Shown: one piece after another, positions 12,201 to 23,222 of the stretch
Layout: every line of letters starts with the position of its first letter
How positions within the stretch are numbered: the first letter of the stretch is position 1
Assembly: GCA_038496445.1 (NCBI GenBank)
Contig: JALMLS010000537.1
Location: 18,320 to 82,319, forward strand
DNA length: 64,000 nt
Reading direction: 5' to 3'
Origin: Trichosphaerium sp. ATCC 40318
Taxonomy: Eukaryota > Protista > Tubulinea
Translations under genes and position numbers: made by a program
The notes under the pieces: generated by a model
What the model saw: the letters and a program-made list of their open reading frames with translations, nothing else
Database searches by the model: none
Told to the model about the DNA's origin: nothing

Positions 12201-12305
12201 AGGCTCACCTGCAAGCGCATCATGTATGTCAATCTGTACATTAAATGAAACAGCAGGGATTGACTTTCTCGTTGCTTTATCTATGAGTGCTATTGACGCA
12301 TCCAT
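6284..12305 (-). CDS. VIT + vWA-like + mosaic linker (H2B fold, MFAP1, CDC5, H4-tail, H3 fragments) + TPR-like + DUF2135/YfaP protein
   Basis: VIT: EAEFEFPLGE|DAFVSKYAIEINNVMVEAVVVDKEKARKVFE...GNVFKT. vWA-like: VCVLWDVSGS, VFILVTDGLNTLG, KMWAKKSGGKFY. Then LSKTWAKMKIDEL...YSLVTPYTSMIVLE. C-terminal DLRVVITWNNPLANVELHVIEPSGERCYSFNNHTRSGGLMSDDRQGYGPQEY (DUF2135). The introns I traced through the linker keep the frame; one donor near 8990 is ambiguous. Confidence 0.85.
8085..8204 (-). repeat. Coding 15-bp tandem repeat x8 (KGLGG), histone H4-tail-like
   Basis: Eight AAR-GGW-TTR-GGY-GGW units that differ only at synonymous positions, followed by KQPAKRHRRILSD. Confidence 0.95.
9284..9547 (-). 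other. Embedded histone H2B fold within the VIT protein
   Basis: [81 protein letters not shown] aligns end to end with the H2B core. Confidence 0.92.
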
Positions 12306-12453
12306 CAAGCGAGTATAGAGACGTGTAGTTTGACCGTTTAACTGCTTTATTATTATGAATGAACGTCAGAACAGCCTTGACTTAACGCAACTACTTAAGT
12401 CTTCAGTGTCTTGTCGTTTGACAAATATTGACAACGTGATTAGTGCCGTCACT

Positions 12454-13323
12454 ATGGGTAAGACTAATACCAAACTTCAAATATCCACTACACAAGTTCA
12501 AAACTCACCTTCAGTGATAGCAAATCATTCAAGTAAGGCTAGTTCGAAACTAGCCGAGAATCAAACTTGTCTACTACAAGAGCTTCCACCAGAGACATTA
12601 ACAGAAATTCTAAGCTACTCGTCCAAAAGAGAGCGTACTAGACAGTCTACAGTCTCTCACCTATTCAATAACATCATTCGCCACAATATCGGTTTGGGTC
12701 ACCTTTACCTGAATAAACGTGGTCGCAATACAAACTTTGAACCAATCAAAGGAAGTCCTTTACTGAAGAACACTAAGATTTACTGTAGTGGTTTAAATCT
12801 ATCTGGAGATGAGTTATCTTGTCTATATGGTGTTCATACTATAGATTTACAATCTGCAACAATAACAGATGGAGGTGTCATTGCGTTAGTTCAAGGAGGA
12901 AAACATAAAATTCATACTATTAATTTACAAGAAACAGATATTACAGATTTTTCTTTAAGGGCACTGAAGGGAGTACATACAATCAATGTCAAGTTTTGCT
13001 ACTATATTACAGAAGAAGGATTAGAGGCTTTGAGAGACACATATGAAATTTCAATCAGTCATCCTAAAGATAAGTGGCTTAAACATCTTGCCGATGTACA
13101 TAGTGTTCATATTTATGATGGTCTTAAAATTACAGATCATGGAATCAAATTATTGGTAAATGTTAAGCGTTTACACCTATCTGAATGCAACACAATAACC
13201 GCCTCAGGATTGAAGGAATTGGTGAATCTAGAATATCTTTACATTGAGCGATGTGATTTAATAACGAAGTCCTGTTTGGAAGATATGAAATTTCTCAAAT
13301 GGGTTAAAGTCAAAGGGAGATAG
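12454..13323 (+). CDS. Intronless F-box + leucine-rich-repeat protein, possible N-myristoylation (MGKTNT)
   Basis: F-box LQELPPETLTEILSY; LRRs GVHTIDLQSATITDGGVIAL, GVHTINVKFCYYITEEGLEAL. The ORF track starts at 12355; the MG start at 12454 is inferred. Confidence 0.8.
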   Translation: MGKTNTKLQISTTQVQNSPSVIANHSSKASSKLAENQTCLLQELPPETLTEILSYSSKRERTRQSTVSHLFNNIIRHNIGLGHLYLNKRGRNTNFEPIKGSPLLKNTKIYCSGLNLSGDELSCLYGVHTIDLQSATITDGGVIALVQGGKHKIHTINLQETDITDFSLRALKGVHTINVKFCYYITEEGLEALRDTYEISISHPKDKWLKHLADVHSVHIYDGLKITDHGIKLLVNVKRLHLSECNTITASGLKELVNLEYLYIERCDLITKSCLEDMKFLKWVKVKGR

Positions 13324-13464
13324 TAATTACAAAACAATGTGTTGAGGCCTTGGTACAACTTGGGCTATATTTAGTACAGAAATTTACAAGCACTATGTTA
13401 TAGACCATCCCAACACTGAGGTTGGCGAGCAACAAGTACAAGAGTAGTAACATAAAATAACTGT

Positions 13465-14831
13465 TTATTTGTCAGTCTTAATGTCAAGCCAAGGCAATAT
13501 ATTCTTTAATGGTTCGCCTGTCTTACTGTGCTTATATGATTCAAAGAATTCTTTAATCATGGAATCCTTGTACCTCAAGCTGAAGTGTATCAATACAAAA
13601 AATGTATCGGGATTTTGTTCTACAGTAGGAGCTAAATCAGTCCAACACATGTGCTTTTTAGAGTCAGCTTTTTCTTTTTTATCGTCTTCCAAAAAACTAC
13701 ATTCTACAATAACAACAGGAAACTTTAGTAGCTCTGGATAATCCTAATTGTAAATGATTAAAGGTGTGGAGTATGCATATGTTTGTGTCGTACAACAAAA
13801 ACTTGGTGAGTTGTGTCTCCAAGGTATACAAAATTAGGAGTTTTAACAATATGTGATATCTCAACACCTGATTTTCTCAAAGCGCCTATCTCCTTCCCAG
13901 GTAGCCCTTTGTATTCGTCTTTAAGTTTTTTAGTATTCTTATAAAACGCATATCCAACACAAGGTACTGAGTGAGTACACTTAATGACTTTGCAAGAATA
14001 TCCTTCTTTCTTGAGTTCAATTTCATCTCCGGCTTCAACCTATTCAAAAAAATGAGCCTTTTCAATGACAATAAACTTCTAGATTCCTAAAAGCGTCATG
14101 TCTTACCGCTACCAAGTCATACTTGCAGTAATGGTCTGAAGTAGGATCCATTGATCTTCCGTCATTTAATTCAGTTGTTGCAATAATGAACTTATCCAAG
14201 AATCCAATAGACTCTTTAGGCATATAGAAAACAACATCCCATCGATGTGTTAACATTTGAGGAGAAAAAAAGCAATGATCTTGATGACTTAAAACAAAAG
14301 CGTAAGCGGGAGTACTGCTGGTAAGAGATGTTTTTGCAAAATAGGCTCATCACCACGTGGTTGGAACAACTGTTCGCAGTCTACCACTATGTGTAGCCGT
14401 AAAATATCTCCTTTAGTTGGAAAGGTGTTTCAAATATTTCTGGAACACGTCTGATCTTTGTTCACACGTATGCAAAACGATTCTTTGAAAAAGTAACTTT
14501 TTTTCAGAGTTACGAAATAAAAATGAAAAAACAGCTTATTTATCATACCAGTGAGTGATAAATACGCGTTTAGGCTTCTGGCAATCTAATTCTCCAGCGT
14601 CTAGGAACCATTTGACTTCAATAAACAGTAAGTATCTATAGAAGCCCTTATTACCTGATTTACTACGCGAAAACATGCTGTAGGCCTCATCAACTTGTCT
14701 TAAAAGAGAAAACAGTAACATTATGCCGTACGCTCTTTAACGAAGAAAGCAGTACGTTCTGCTGCTTTAGAATGACCATGGAATGTTAATCCGCACTTAT
14801 TCAAACGCTGTGTGCGCCACTGCGTTGTCAT
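13465..14831 (-). CDS. Short-form tRNase Z-like metallo-beta-lactamase
   Basis: Spliced: GHSKAAERTAF..LKWFLDAG..VFITHCHQDH..HSVPCVGY..KKLKDEYKGLPGKEIGALRKSG..YLGDT..IVECSF..KKHMCW..LIHFSLRY. Confidence 0.85.
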
Positions 14832-15320
14832 TTCGAGTTTTTTTGATTTGGTATTAGAATTGTAATGTCAACATTTTTCGCATGTTCATTGAACTTATGG
14901 CAACGCCTCAACATCGATATTCAGCTACGTTGTTCAGATGCTGTATTTCGAAGAATGAGCGTAGCATGTCATGTCAAAAAATTTTGGTCTTGTACCGCAC
15001 GTGAAAAAACAAGCAAATGGCGCAAAAAGAAGCAACTTGTTTGTATGGGAACACAATAAAACTTGGCGACTACAAGTAATGGCATAACCACAGGTAATTG
15101 ATCTAGCACGGAACTGGTAAAAATAAGAAGAGCTGACAACAGACAATTGAACACTCCAATCAAGTCAATGGTAAACACATCAAAAGTGAACTCAATAATA
15201 ATAACAGCTGATACATCCTAGTGAAAAAAAGAAGTAATAACGCATTTTGGGTACTGTCAATTATCAAGTGATTCTTTTCGAACTAAAAGTGTATAATATT
15301 GTTAAAGGTACAAGGTTGAC

Positions 15321-16791
15321 TTATTGAAAAGTAAGTTCGCAAGCTAAGCCAAAGTGGTCACTAAAGAGAGCTCATTAATATTATATTGTACAAATAATAG
15401 TAAAACTTACCTAGGGAATACTGGGCTAGTGTCTGAACCTTGCGATGATATAGGGCTATCTCCAAGTAACTTAATCATTGTAGGTTTCCATTTGGATGAC
15501 CTGGATAAATGTATAGGTACTTGTCATCAGGTAAGATATGAGTACCTTGTAACAACTCTGTCGTATCTCATATGTTCGTCTCTGTGATCTTTTAACATTG
15601 TATTGGCTGTAGTATCAAACGTCCAGCCTTTGGTGTCATGTAACAAAGGCCAAACATCTTTCCAATCTTTTAATATATCTACCATGGTATCGTTCTCTAA
15701 TGGAGTCTCGTCTATGTTAAAATTCCTCGTCTGTTTGGGAGTGTCAATGTCAACATTTAAATCAAAGGTAGATAAATACATACCGAGTCAAAGTTAAAAT
15801 CACCGGTTAGTAGCACGTGATCAAATTGTTTTAGGTGAGCTTTAATATTCCTTAGTTGTGCTGAACGGAAATGCGCTGAAGCAAGACTCTCTAAATGTAC
15901 TGTACTTACAGCAATCTATGTCAAAGAATAAGCTTAGGACCAACAACTTTGTCGACATATGTTATGCCCGTACTTTAGTGTTGTTTACTGTCACATCAGC
16001 TACAAGTAGATCTCGTTCCATACGTGAAGGCAATACCAAATTCCGTAAATTATACATGGGATGCTTTGAGAGCAATACAACGCCATAATGACCAACTGTA
16101 CTACCATCAATATCTGATACATAATAATCACTTTTGACCCATGCGGCTTTGACCATAAATGGTATAAACCTTCTCGTTACTACAGCAAACCTTAGGACAA
16201 GTTTGTCGATGACGGCCAGAAGAATGGAAGCCCGGAGTTCAGTGGTTTAAGTACCTTCTTGTAGGCATATAAAATCGGCATTTTCCTTCTCTAGTATGTC
16301 CAATAATGCTTTAGCACGCTCGTTAAAGCTGTAATTATCAAACCAAACCTATGAGTATATGTTAGGGCGTTGATAGAGATCGGAAAAGAGCAGTAGTCGC
16401 ACGTTGTATGTTATTATTTTTAGTTTGGTTTGATTCTTGTTTAGTTGTGCGTTTTGGTTCTCTATATGCACGTTAGAGCAAAGTATAGGTCGAACTAGTA
16501 CGTTTTGGTGTAAAAGAAGTCCAAGTATTATCTACGAACTTGTAGGCTGCCAAAGGGCGAACTTTAGATTGGTAGCTAACATCTACGAGGTTTTAGCGCC
16601 GTTTTTGGTAGTTTGCGTTATTCAGTACCGAAACGATTAGTTGCGTTTACGTTTACACTTGGTTTGTTTCCCATGCCTGTTATTGGTGTGTTTGGGTCTA
16701 TTCTAAATGTACGCTTGCGTACAACCGTTTCTGTTGGTTTGAGCGCTACCTTATTGAATCCTTGAACGCCTGCCAGCAAGTTGCTCCTCAT
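15321..16791 (-). CDS. EEP-family phosphodiesterase (TDP2-like) with an N-terminal WH2/beta-thymosin-like motif
   Basis: LKIITYNVWF, ADFICLQEVT, TVHLES, LLTGDFN, GWTFD...RYDRV, FPSDHFGL. N-terminus MRSNLLAGVQGFNKVALKPTETV is linked by phase-compatible introns. Confidence 0.8.
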
Positions 16792-17699
16792 GTACTTTAT
16801 GTGAAAAATAACTTCAGCTGATTGTCTGAATAAGACCTCCAGCTTGGAATTTCGCCGAAAAAATACAATGGACTTTTTTCCGTTTTCAGAAAAAGTTGCA
16901 CGTAGAGCTTCTTCTGTTTAGCAGGTTAATAAATTGTTTACCTTTATCATGTCATCTGATTCCTAGCTGCTAGCGTTTTGGGCAGCATGGCTTCTCAGTG
17001 TCAAAAATTTTGAATAGAGATTTCGAGAATCTTTCCGCTTACTCTTCTCAGAACCGTTTTTCATTTCTCTTGTTATTGTGCGACGCACCCATGATGCTAT
17101 ACTTGTAGGTAAAGAAAAATTTGTGATTTGTTGGCACTGTAATGAGGAAAAGGTACTGGCGTCAATGCATTTCTGAAACTGCCTTAAAAGCTGTGGTGAC
17201 CCTTATATATAAGTTAGCAATGTAAGTAGATTCACACGGGCTCTTTAGAATAATACAATAGAAATTTGGTGTAGAGCCATCTTGTTGTAGCGTTTGTAGA
17301 ACTCTACACCGATTTTTACAAGTCAATTTTGTCAGCATATCTTGAAACGATTTTTACATTTTTAACTCACATTCACGTCAAACATCATTTGACGTTCTTT
17401 CTCAATGTGCTCTATGAGGACGCATCACAGGGGTGCATACTCCAGCAAAGCGCCACTTGTACCCAAACCATCGCGAAAAACTAAAAGCAGTTGTTTTAGG
17501 AAACCTATTGAATCTAAGAAATTATACGTTTCAAGTTTTCAAAAAATCACTTTTGACACGGCCAATACGTTGTAATTTTTTATTGTTGTACAAGGGTTGT
17601 TTTCAAAAGTTGTCGGGTAGTTGGTTTTGAAAACTTGTTTTCTTTTGTTTGTACCAAGAAAACGGATTAGAGCATGACTTTCTTAAAAATCAAATAACA

Positions 17700-20600
17700 T
17701 CAAGATTCTTGATGTATCTTCATGCCACTTTTAAGTAGCTCTTCATAAGGAAAAGGACCCTCAAGATGAAAATCTTGAGAACCACCAGGCTCTAAATCTT
17801 CAAAAACTAGGACCCACACATCGTCTACTGCAGTATAAGACATGTGTTTTATCCCTCTGGCTTGTTTATCTTATGTTTTGTTAAGGTGTTAACACATTAA
17901 AAAACAACGTAAAAGAAAATACTTCAATGAGGATACACTGTGCACCTATGGTGCCTGCGAGTTGGTCATATGTGCATCTAGCATATGACTGTACTTTATG
18001 GTTTTGTTTTACTTCAGAAAGAACAACCCAAGTTGTTTTTGCTAGCACAATAATATTAGGTTTTGTATATTGGGTTTTTTTTGTATCTCGTACCAAAAAT
18101 GAGAGTATTAATATGACGTTCTGCCCTTAACTCATTTTCAATATACTCTTCTGGTATATGTTCAGAAGTATATATACGTTGCTGATTAGAACACTACCAA
18201 GAAACATTAGCACGAAAAGCACAGGGATTTTTTGTTCTTTTTTTTTTGAGCGTGTTCCGAGTTACGTACATCCTGGTCATCATAACGTCTTAAACTAACA
18301 ATGTACCACATATCTTCATGGCAACCCATATAACATATAGAACGACCTAAAAGACAGTAAGTAATGACTAAAAACACAAATTTAATACCTTCACTAATTG
18401 TACTGTTAACAATCTCTAAACATTGTTCTAGGTCATAAGTAGAGTTGATAAACTGTTGATAAAGTCTCTGTGCTTGTGGTGGTAGGTAATGGATGATAAC
18501 CCAAGTATCTCCAAAAATACTAATCTAAACAAGGGAGTAAACAAACGCGACCAAACCAGCAGGGTAAAAGTCCTGACAAGTTGTCACGTGATGTCACGTG
18601 ATCAAAATAAGCATTTTGAAAATGATCAGAGTACAATAAAAACACAGCATAAAAAAGGATGGTTGTTGGCACTTCGAAAAAAAAATTGTACATACTTGTT
18701 GTAACATGTAATCTTTTTCCCACATTTGATTAATATAGTCATTAGGTACATCGCCCTTGTTTACATATATCCATTGATCAAGTACTTTGGTTCTATTATT
18801 ACGATCAAACATAAGAACCCAGCGGCCCTAAAAGAGGTAAGATAAAACCTTTTCGTGAGTTTTTTTCAAGCATACCCATTCATGTTTAAAGTGTGTAATC
18901 CATAACTGAGATCCATCTTCAGCAGCACGCATTTGAGAAAAGAAGTTTGTTTCTGGTAAATCCATTAACCATCCACCTTCTCCAGGCAAATCTTGCATAG
19001 GTGTTTCCTTCAAAAGCAGTAAGAGACAAGTTTTTTTCCTTTCTCAAAAAAACCAAACACCAAAAAGTACATTAGCGCTCGATGTTGACCGATCTCTTCC
19101 ATCGCTTGGAGATCTACTTGCCTTCCTTAATACTTCTTTAGAAGAAGCAGGATCATAAGGAGCAGGTACAGCACCAGGTACTAGGCATAGAATAAGTCGA
19201 AAATAGTTAAAAAATCGCACCAATGGTATCTTCTAAAGCGCTTTCCCAATTATTACTTTCTGGTCTTTGAACAGGTGCTTCTTTTATAGGAGCACAAACA
19301 CTTATAGGTTCTCTCATTGGAGAACCTGCTATTGCTTGAGTTAAAGGAGACTTCTCCCTCTGGTCTTCCTGCTGTACACTGACTTGTTGTATGTGCACTG
19401 GTTCAGTTACATCAAGGTCGTCTGACGGTTTGTCGTTATCATCTCCTTCAGTTTTTGGTGGGAAAGTATCACGCATTGATAATATCTCCTCGAACTCACG
19501 CTCCATGTCACTCCAATCAATGACTTCATTCTCAGGTACTTTTGGAGCTAATTCAGGTTCTACTGGAGGAGCCTAAAGATAAAAGTTAAATCAGTAAAAT
19601 AATTACACACTACTCCAAACTCTTTTTTTTGTTGAGACTCGTACACCAGCCGCTTCTTCAGATACAACAGAAGATGTCCGCGTATGATGGCTTAATGCCA
19701 TTAGGGTTGATTCAAGTGGGTTATCATCTTCAAACATATCATGACGTTGTTCGAACTTTGGTGTTTGTAATTCTGTCAATCCAGATCTTTTACGTTCAAG
19801 TTTTGATGTGTCTGGTAAAGCATAGCTTCTGGCAACTACTCCACCAGGAGCTTTCGGAAGGCTTTCTGATCTCGTCGAGTCTGATTCTGATCGTTTTGAG
19901 TTGGGAATCTGAACAGGTGATGACGCTCCTTTGTTGAAAAGTAAGTATGAATTAAAGTAAGAACAAATAAAAAAGAGTTTAATACGATATGCTAAAGCAC
20001 GGGTCTATAATCAGCACCATAGACCATTTGTTTGTATTATTATAATTAGAAAAACACTTGGTGTTTCAGTTTAAATGTGCAATGTAGTCCAAAATGATTC
20101 GAGCAAAGAAATGGCAATACCTAGTTTTTGTTCTTGTTCTTTACGGAACTTCATACTTTGACTCCAAGATTCTCTGTGGTGAGCTTTCGATGATAATGGA
20201 GAGTTCATTCTCTTATTGTTCTTTACTGGTGCAGGATCAGACGTTAGTCTAATACGTCCACCACTAGGTCGATGATTCATTGATGATGTAGATGGAGATG
20301 AAAGAATCTGTTTAGGTCGTAGTTTACTTCCTGTTTGTTTTTGTTTCATTTTTTCGCGTTCAGCGTGTAACTAGACCAGTGTGAGATTCAACAAAATAGA
20401 AAGGAAACAAGAACAAGCAAACAAGAAGAAAGAAAAAAATCAGAAAAAAATGTTGTGACAAAAAGATGTTGGTGTGGCACGTGTCACTAATAAAATTAAC
20501 AATCTTATATACGATTAAATAAAAGCAATCATTATAAAAATAGTACCCTAGCTTCCATGACATCCTGTATCATAGATGTAGGTTTATGCATAGTCTTTAT

Positions 20601-21457
20601 AAAATTATTAAATCCTTCAATTTTCTTCTTAAACAGAAACTTATACTTTCTGCCACTATGCATGCCCCATTTTTTATGAAGCTTGTATGGATTCATAGTA
20701 CAATCACTTACTAACGAAACCATAAGTAATTGACGCTTATAAAAACACTACCAACCAAAAGAAAAATGTTTCTTTCCAACAAAGAAAAAAAAAACAGACA
20801 AAAACATCATGTATTTCATCGTCTACCAAACCAACGCACGCTTTTTGTTCTTAAATAGAACGTTGATACCATACTCTCCCCATGCAGATGTAGGAAGGCC
20901 AAGTCGCTTGGCCGTTAATGCAGCTAAAGCCTGAACTGTATGATTCGGCGTCACAAGTATTGTTTTATATGATGCATCAACGAGGAATACTTTGATTGCG
21001 GCCTAATTACCGTTTAACAATGAAAAAGGCATAACCATCATAAATTAGGTGTTATGCCAAATCTGCACTGACACTATAGCCAGTGCGTAGGATATCGTTC
21101 CAGTATGCTTTTAGAATACGTACCGTGTTTAGACCTTGTAAGTTAGGTTTAAAGTCCTCTGCTTTGCTGTACATTGGTACTTTGATTACGGAGTACCCTG
21201 TAAGATCGGTAAGCGCATTTTCAACTAAAAGCGGCAAAATGTTTTTGTACTACGACGTAACGGTTTGTATTTGAGTATAAATGCAATACAAATAGAAGAA
21301 AGGCGAACGCGTATTATAGAAATAACAAAAATCTTTATAACGCCAACGATCGCAATTGGGGATTATTTTGCGCTTATTGACGCCAAGTAAGACAACAATT
21401 TAAAGAATTACGAATACCTGTACTTCTAAACCTCTGATTTTGATAAGGGTCGCTCAT
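17700..21457 (-). CDS. Ras-association/FERM-N-like domain + low-complexity linker + C-terminal repeat (DUF7477-like propeller)
   Basis: IKVFLVDASYKTILVTPNHTVQALAALTAKRLGLP..WGEYGI (RA/ubiquitin-like). C-terminal repeats GRWVLMF..VPNDYINQMWEKDY, DMWYIV, DVWVLVF..GPFPYEEL. Some exon boundaries are uncertain. Confidence 0.5.
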
Positions 21458-21568
21458 AGCGTTCGACACGCAATATTGCGTTGCTTGCAGCTCTTGTTGT
21501 AAAAAGTTGTTTGACTTTAAACTACTTTGCTTATTTAGGGTTCTATTGGCCTTCATTACATAACAAGT

Positions 21569-22221
21569 ATGCTTCTTCGCTCACTAACAGCGAAACGTGC
21601 GTGTTGTAATCGAAACAGCCGTAGCTATGCTACTGAGGCAGTAGTACCAGTGGAACAACACTACCTGCTCCAATATGAGCTGTACCCTGAGGTTAAACAC
21701 AAAGCAATGTGCGCTACTATTTAACTTTCGTTAACGCCAGTTCGTGTTGTTAACAGCGACTACGCAGGAAACCAATAATTCAACAACACATGTCGCATTG
21801 TAGAAAATTTCCAGAGCTAAGATACGCTGCAAACAGCTTTGAGGTATGTCGTAATTACAATTGACAAGAGCTACGTGCCAAACTGTGCCAGTGTAACGTT
21901 TTTGCATGAAAAACTGTTTCAACGCAGTAGAAATGCACCTGTCACTCTAAAAACGTTTTTATGGACGTTTTTACTATATAAAACATCTATAATCTACAAA
22001 TAAACGTTCTCACAATCTAATAGGCTGGTGAAAGCCCTTACGCGCATTACATATTCAAAACAACTGATATTTCTCTTGTTGAGGAGTTTATAAGAGTGGA
22101 TCCGTTAAAGATCCTTTCTCATCCTACCGTACCGCTAATATCAGACTGGAGTTTACAAGATTACAAAGTAGTACTTGACACTGATAAAAAGGACGAAGAT
22201 GAAAATGAAGACGAAGACTGA
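21569..22221 (+). CDS. YCII-related domain protein with putative mitochondrial presequence
   Basis: Three phase-0 exons: MLLRSLTAKRACCNRNSRSYATE..YLLQYELYPE|RLRRKPIIQQHMSH..|..YIFKTTDISLVEEFIRVDPL..ISDWSLQDYKVV. Confidence 0.6.
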
Positions 22222-22712
22222 GGCTAACTTTATTTATAAATAGCAAAAAACCAAAACTCTTTTTTTTTCACGTGTCAAATAAAAAAAATCTTAGATCATT
22301 CCTTCTAGTATTTAGCTGGACGGTTTTGAAAACATTAGATTACGGCCTCAAACCAGTGGAACAAACGACGGTTAAGGAAGAAACGCGACAGCAACAAATA
22401 AGTATGATTTTACACAGTTGTGATTCTAAGTAAAACCTTAGGTAGCAAAGGTGAAGTTGCAAACATGTGATTTTGCAGTTTCTGTAACCATCTTCTGAGT
22501 GGAAGTAATATCTAGCGCAGGTACTACGCTAAAATTTGTCTGCCAGTTTACTGCTGAATACAGCCTCGTCAACTAGATGTTCAACCAATGCGCACCTCGT
22601 GCAGCGCTTCACAAGTTAGTTGCAATCGCACTAGCACGTTGAGTCACAACTTGATAGTAAAGGAGGTTTCGGTTGCGATGTATCCCACGAATTTGCTTTA
22701 TTTCACATGTAA

Positions 22713-22795
22713 GCATGGATGGCCGAGTGGTTAAGGCGATAGACTCAAGTTCTATTGGATGTATGTCCGCGTGGGTTCAAGTCCCACTTCATGCA
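22713..22795 (+). tRNA. tRNA-Leu(CAA)
   Basis: Acceptor stem GCATGGA/TTCATGC, D-arm TGGCCGAGTGGTTAAGGC, anticodon arm ATAGA-CTCAAGT-TCTAT, long variable arm, T-loop GGTTCAAGTCC. Confidence 0.95.
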
Positions 22796-23222
22796 GTACT
22801 TTTGCAATCTTTTGGAATACGCTGTTTTCGTCATTTTACGTACAGACTTGGCCGCCACGTTTTATTGTTCATGGTACCTAGGCGTCCTGGTTTTATTCGT
22901 TGACGTTTTGTGGATACTATCAGTTGTTTGTGGTTTTGAAAGAAGAAATCATAGCTTTAGCGTAATGGCGTTTTTGTAGAGGTGTCATGTCCGTCAGATT
23001 GAGAAGCTATACAGCGAGCTTAACAGTTTGAATTTCTACAACCTTGCTCGGAGTATGTTTGTGAATGATTGAAGCCAACACATTTTTATATAGCCGACAG
23101 CAGTACAATATCCGTTTTGTTATTGTGCAGTATTCTTTCTTCAGACAACACGACTTGTGTACATGTGAACATTGACATTCTTATACGGTGTTTCTAAAGA
23201 TAACAACACGATTAAATCTCAG

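Noticed and set aside
16960-17470. Possible small spliced gene (EHIEKERQMMFDVN / VLQTLQQDGSTPNFYCII)
   Set aside because: Exon-like fragments exist, but I could not establish a start or a family.
22713-22795. Suppressor or selenocysteine tRNA (TCA seen in the loop)
   Set aside because: The 7-nt loop CTCAAGT centres on CAA, so this is an ordinary tRNA-Leu.
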